From NCBI GenBank assembly GCA_965198225.1, contig CBDAOY010000008.1:160001-224000 (forward strand): a stretch of DNA of 64,000 nt. The letters are read 5' to 3'. The notes beneath the pieces were generated by a model. The model saw only the letters and a list, made by a program, of their open reading frames with translations. It had not been told where the DNA came from and searched no databases. The number at the start of each line of letters is the position of its first letter. Positions within the stretch are counted from its first letter, which is position 1. Positions 60,800 to 64,000 of this stretch are shown here, one piece after another. The stretch comes from Terriglobia bacterium (GTDB lineage Bacteria > Acidobacteriota > Terriglobia > 20CM-2-55-15). The position numbers and the translations under genes are program-made.

Positions 60800-63520
60800 A
60801 TGATAACAGTCCTGTTCGCAGCTCTTGTCAGTCTGACGGTGCACGTCAGTGAGGTAGTGGAGGGTCTGACGCTGGTCGTCGTCGATCCGGCCGGGACGGT
60901 TGTGGGTGCAGTCGAGGTGCCCGAACCAGGGGACTACGTCTTCGAGGTCGACGAGGGTCTGTACACCATCCGCGCCGTCGTGGCCGACATAACCATCATC
61001 TCCTTTCCCGACATCGCGGTTCCACGCACCAGCCCGCTCGACATCGCCATCAATGAAGAGTCTCTGGAACGTGCCGAGGAGCCGGAAATGGCGAGCGGCT
61101 CGCAGAGAAATCAGAACATCCAGGTCAACCTCATCGACAACCAGGCGATCACCGAGTCGTTGGGCCGGCAGGGCGGAACCGCATTCCCGATCACCGAGTT
61201 CTCAGCCGTGCGGGGCAACTATGCCGCCGAGCTGGGAGGTATGGGTCCGGATCCTCAGGTCGTGGCCGCCGATCAACGCAATGCCTACCACGGGGAAATC
61301 TACGATTCCCTGCAGAACAGCGTGTTCAACGCGCGAACGTTTTTTCAGGTTGGACCGGTCCAGCCGTCACGGAGAAACCAGTATGGTTTCCGTATCGGCG
61401 GCCCGCTCGGCGGTGGGGATCGCCTCTCGTTCGTCTTGACGGGCGAAGAGACGCGCGAGTCCGGCTTCGTCAACGGCAACGTCCTGGTCCCACTGCCGGA
61501 TGAACGCACACCGCGGGCGTCCGACCCGGCGGTGAACGCCGAGCTCGCCCGTTGGCTTTCCGCCTATCCCGATGAATTGCCCAACCGCCCCGAGATCGAC
61601 AAGCGCCTGCTGAACACGAATGCGATCCAGACCATTCGGAACTCCGGCGGCACCTTCCAGATGGACTGGTCGCCCCGCGACTCCGACCGAGTTTCACTCC
61701 GCTATTCGATCAACGACAACTTCATCGATTCGTTCGAGTTCGTCGTGGGGCAGAACCCCAATCAGCGCCTTCGGCCGCAGACCTTGAATCTCGGCTTCGA
61801 ACGGTTGGCGTCGGGTAACACGACCTTCCGGCTCGGCTTCAACTACTTGAGACGGAAAGTTCACGTCCTGGTGCCGCCCGGATCGGTCGGCCCGTACGTC
61901 TTCACCAGTTTCGAGATCGAGCCTCTGGGTCCCCGACTCACGTTTCCGGTGCGCCGCGTCAGCAACGATTTCCAGTACCTGGTCCAGGGGACGACGAGCT
62001 CCGGGAGGCATCAGCTGGACTGGGGCGGAGGAGTCGTTCGGTCCCAGCTCAACGAGTTCCAGAGCGACGGGACTCGCGGCAATTTCAGCTTCAGGCCGAA
62101 CTTCGGCCGGAGTGCGCTCGAGAACATCCTCGTCGGGGAAGCGAGCGACTACCTGAGCGTTCAGGGCGATCCGTATCGAGGATTCCGGCGTACCGATTGG
62201 GACATCTACGTCAATGACCGCATTCGCGTGACGCCGAACCTCAACCTGACGCTGGGCCTGCGCTACGAATTCGCCGGTACTCCCAGCGAGGTCAACGATC
62301 TCACTGCGTTTTCCTACGATTCCGACGCGAACAATTTCGCTCCGCGCGTGGGCCTCGCCTATTCCGTGGGGCGACAGGTCTTCCGAGCGGGCTACGGGAT
62401 TTCGTTCGGCGAAGTCTTCCCGGCGACGTATCGGGTCGCCAGGCTGAATCCACCGGCGATCTTGCCCGTTTCCCTGCAGAGTCCCGACCTGCTGGATCCT
62501 CTCGGGGATTTCCAGGGGACCCCCGGCGAAACGCCCCGATCGGGCCTGAACCTGATCAGCCCGGACCTGGTGACGCCGTACTCCCATCAGTACTCCCTCC
62601 AAATCGACCGTGAGCTCCCGGCCCAGGTGTTCTTCAGGGTGGCCTACGTGGGAAGCCGGACCCTGAAGCTGTTCCGATCCGTGAGGGGCAACCGAGCCGT
62701 GCCGGTGGAAGGTATCGAGCGTACCACCGCTACGATCAACCTGCGCCGACCGGATCCGCGGTACTTCACCGTCGCCGAGGTTGGGAATCGGACGCGTGCC
62801 TATTTCGACGCCTTGCAACTGGCCGTGGAGAAGGTCTTCAGCCAGGGACTGGCTTTGCGGGCCAACTACAGCTTCAGCAAGGCGCTCGACACCGGAGGGG
62901 ATTTCTATGGAACAGGCGTCAGCATGATGGACCAACGGGCACAGACCGAAGACGCGGTGTTCATCGACTTGAAGTCCTTCAGCCGGTTCGATGCCCCGCA
63001 GAGCTTCGTCTTCGGCTATTCCTGGGAGGCGCCCAGCCGGCTGGGAGGCTGGACCCTGTCCGGCACGGCCATCCTTCGCTCCGGGACGCCCTTTACGGTC
63101 GACACGGGGTCGGACGCCCCGCCGGTCGGCAACGTCGACGGGGAGTACCACGACCGGCCCTCGATCCTTGACACGAGCCTGATCGGGCGCAGCGTCGATG
63201 ATCCCGACACCGCGCTCCAGGTGCTCAAACCCTCCGCGTTCGATCCCACGGCCCCTTTCCGTGAGGGGCGTGGCAACCTCTCCACGAATGCCTTGCGCAA
63301 GGACGGGATCACAAACTTCAACTTCGCTCTATCACGGACCTTCCCGATTTCTCGGGATCAGATCCGCACCGTGTTGTTCCGCGCAGAGGCCATCAACGCG
63401 TTCAACCATCCGCAGTTCGAGAAGCCCAACTCGAGTCTTTCCTCGCAGTCCTTCGGACAGATCACCAACACGCTGAACGCGGGGAGGATCCTGCAGTTTC
63501 ACCTGAGGTTTGCGTTTTGA
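60800..63520 (+). CDS. TonB-dependent receptor (Oar-like)
   Basis: NSVFNARTFF, NLNLTLGLRYE, NNFAPRVG and RILQFHLRFAF. Confidence 0.88.
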   Translation: MITVLFAALVSLTVHVSEVVEGLTLVVVDPAGTVVGAVEVPEPGDYVFEVDEGLYTIRAVVADITIISFPDIAVPRTSPLDIAINEESLERAEEPEMASGSQRNQNIQVNLIDNQAITESLGRQGGTAFPITEFSAVRGNYAAELGGMGPDPQVVAADQRNAYHGEIYDSLQNSVFNARTFFQVGPVQPSRRNQYGFRIGGPLGGGDRLSFVLTGEETRESGFVNGNVLVPLPDERTPRASDPAVNAELARWLSAYPDELPNRPEIDKRLLNTNAIQTIRNSGGTFQMDWSPRDSDRVSLRYSINDNFIDSFEFVVGQNPNQRLRPQTLNLGFERLASGNTTFRLGFNYLRRKVHVLVPPGSVGPYVFTSFEIEPLGPRLTFPVRRVSNDFQYLVQGTTSSGRHQLDWGGGVVRSQLNEFQSDGTRGNFSFRPNFGRSALENILVGEASDYLSVQGDPYRGFRRTDWDIYVNDRIRVTPNLNLTLGLRYEFAGTPSEVNDLTAFSYDSDANNFAPRVGLAYSVGRQVFRAGYGISFGEVFPATYRVARLNPPAILPVSLQSPDLLDPLGDFQGTPGETPRSGLNLISPDLVTPYSHQYSLQIDRELPAQVFFRVAYVGSRTLKLFRSVRGNRAVPVEGIERTTATINLRRPDPRYFTVAEVGNRTRAYFDALQLAVEKVFSQGLALRANYSFSKALDTGGDFYGTGVSMMDQRAQTEDAVFIDLKSFSRFDAPQSFVFGYSWEAPSRLGGWTLSGTAILRSGTPFTVDTGSDAPPVGNVDGEYHDRPSILDTSLIGRSVDDPDTALQVLKPSAFDPTAPFREGRGNLSTNALRKDGITNFNFALSRTFPISRDQIRTVLFRAEAINAFNHPQFEKPNSSLSSQSFGQITNTLNAGRILQFHLRFAF

Positions 63521-64000
<480 letters not shown>

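Overview
This is a GC-rich bacterial window. The gene repertoire (Oar-like TonB-dependent receptors, a DUF1592/DUF1552/ankyrin cluster, many signal-peptide-bearing hydrolases) suggests Acidobacteriota, which is an inference. Main content: an M16 protease, recQ, a PotABCD-type ABC operon with an M24 peptidase and DUF1028, a BrnT-type toxin-antitoxin pair, three intact and one truncated TonB-dependent receptor, two tandem IS elements, a minus-strand sulfur operon sat-aprB-aprA-qmoA-qmoB-qmoC-HIT-tauE facing a DASS transporter, and the start of mdh. No dsr genes are present in the window. Signals not visible in the ORF track: (1) three dispersed 270-277 bp elements bounded by CTAG (one end CTAA) that share a covarying four-way-junction fold; (2) a UPYC selenoprotein with a SECIS-like hairpin, split into two ORFs; (3) an Ig-like-repeat protein with a C-terminal magnetochrome-type heme motif, paired with a Tat-exported protein; (4) two tandem group II intron 3' ends lying antisense within a membrane-protein gene; (5) a long TBDR leader with a terminator between 26-bp direct repeats; (6) GTAG-type REP doublets; (7) several deletion and frameshift remnants. 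All calls come from reading motifs by eye. No searches were run.
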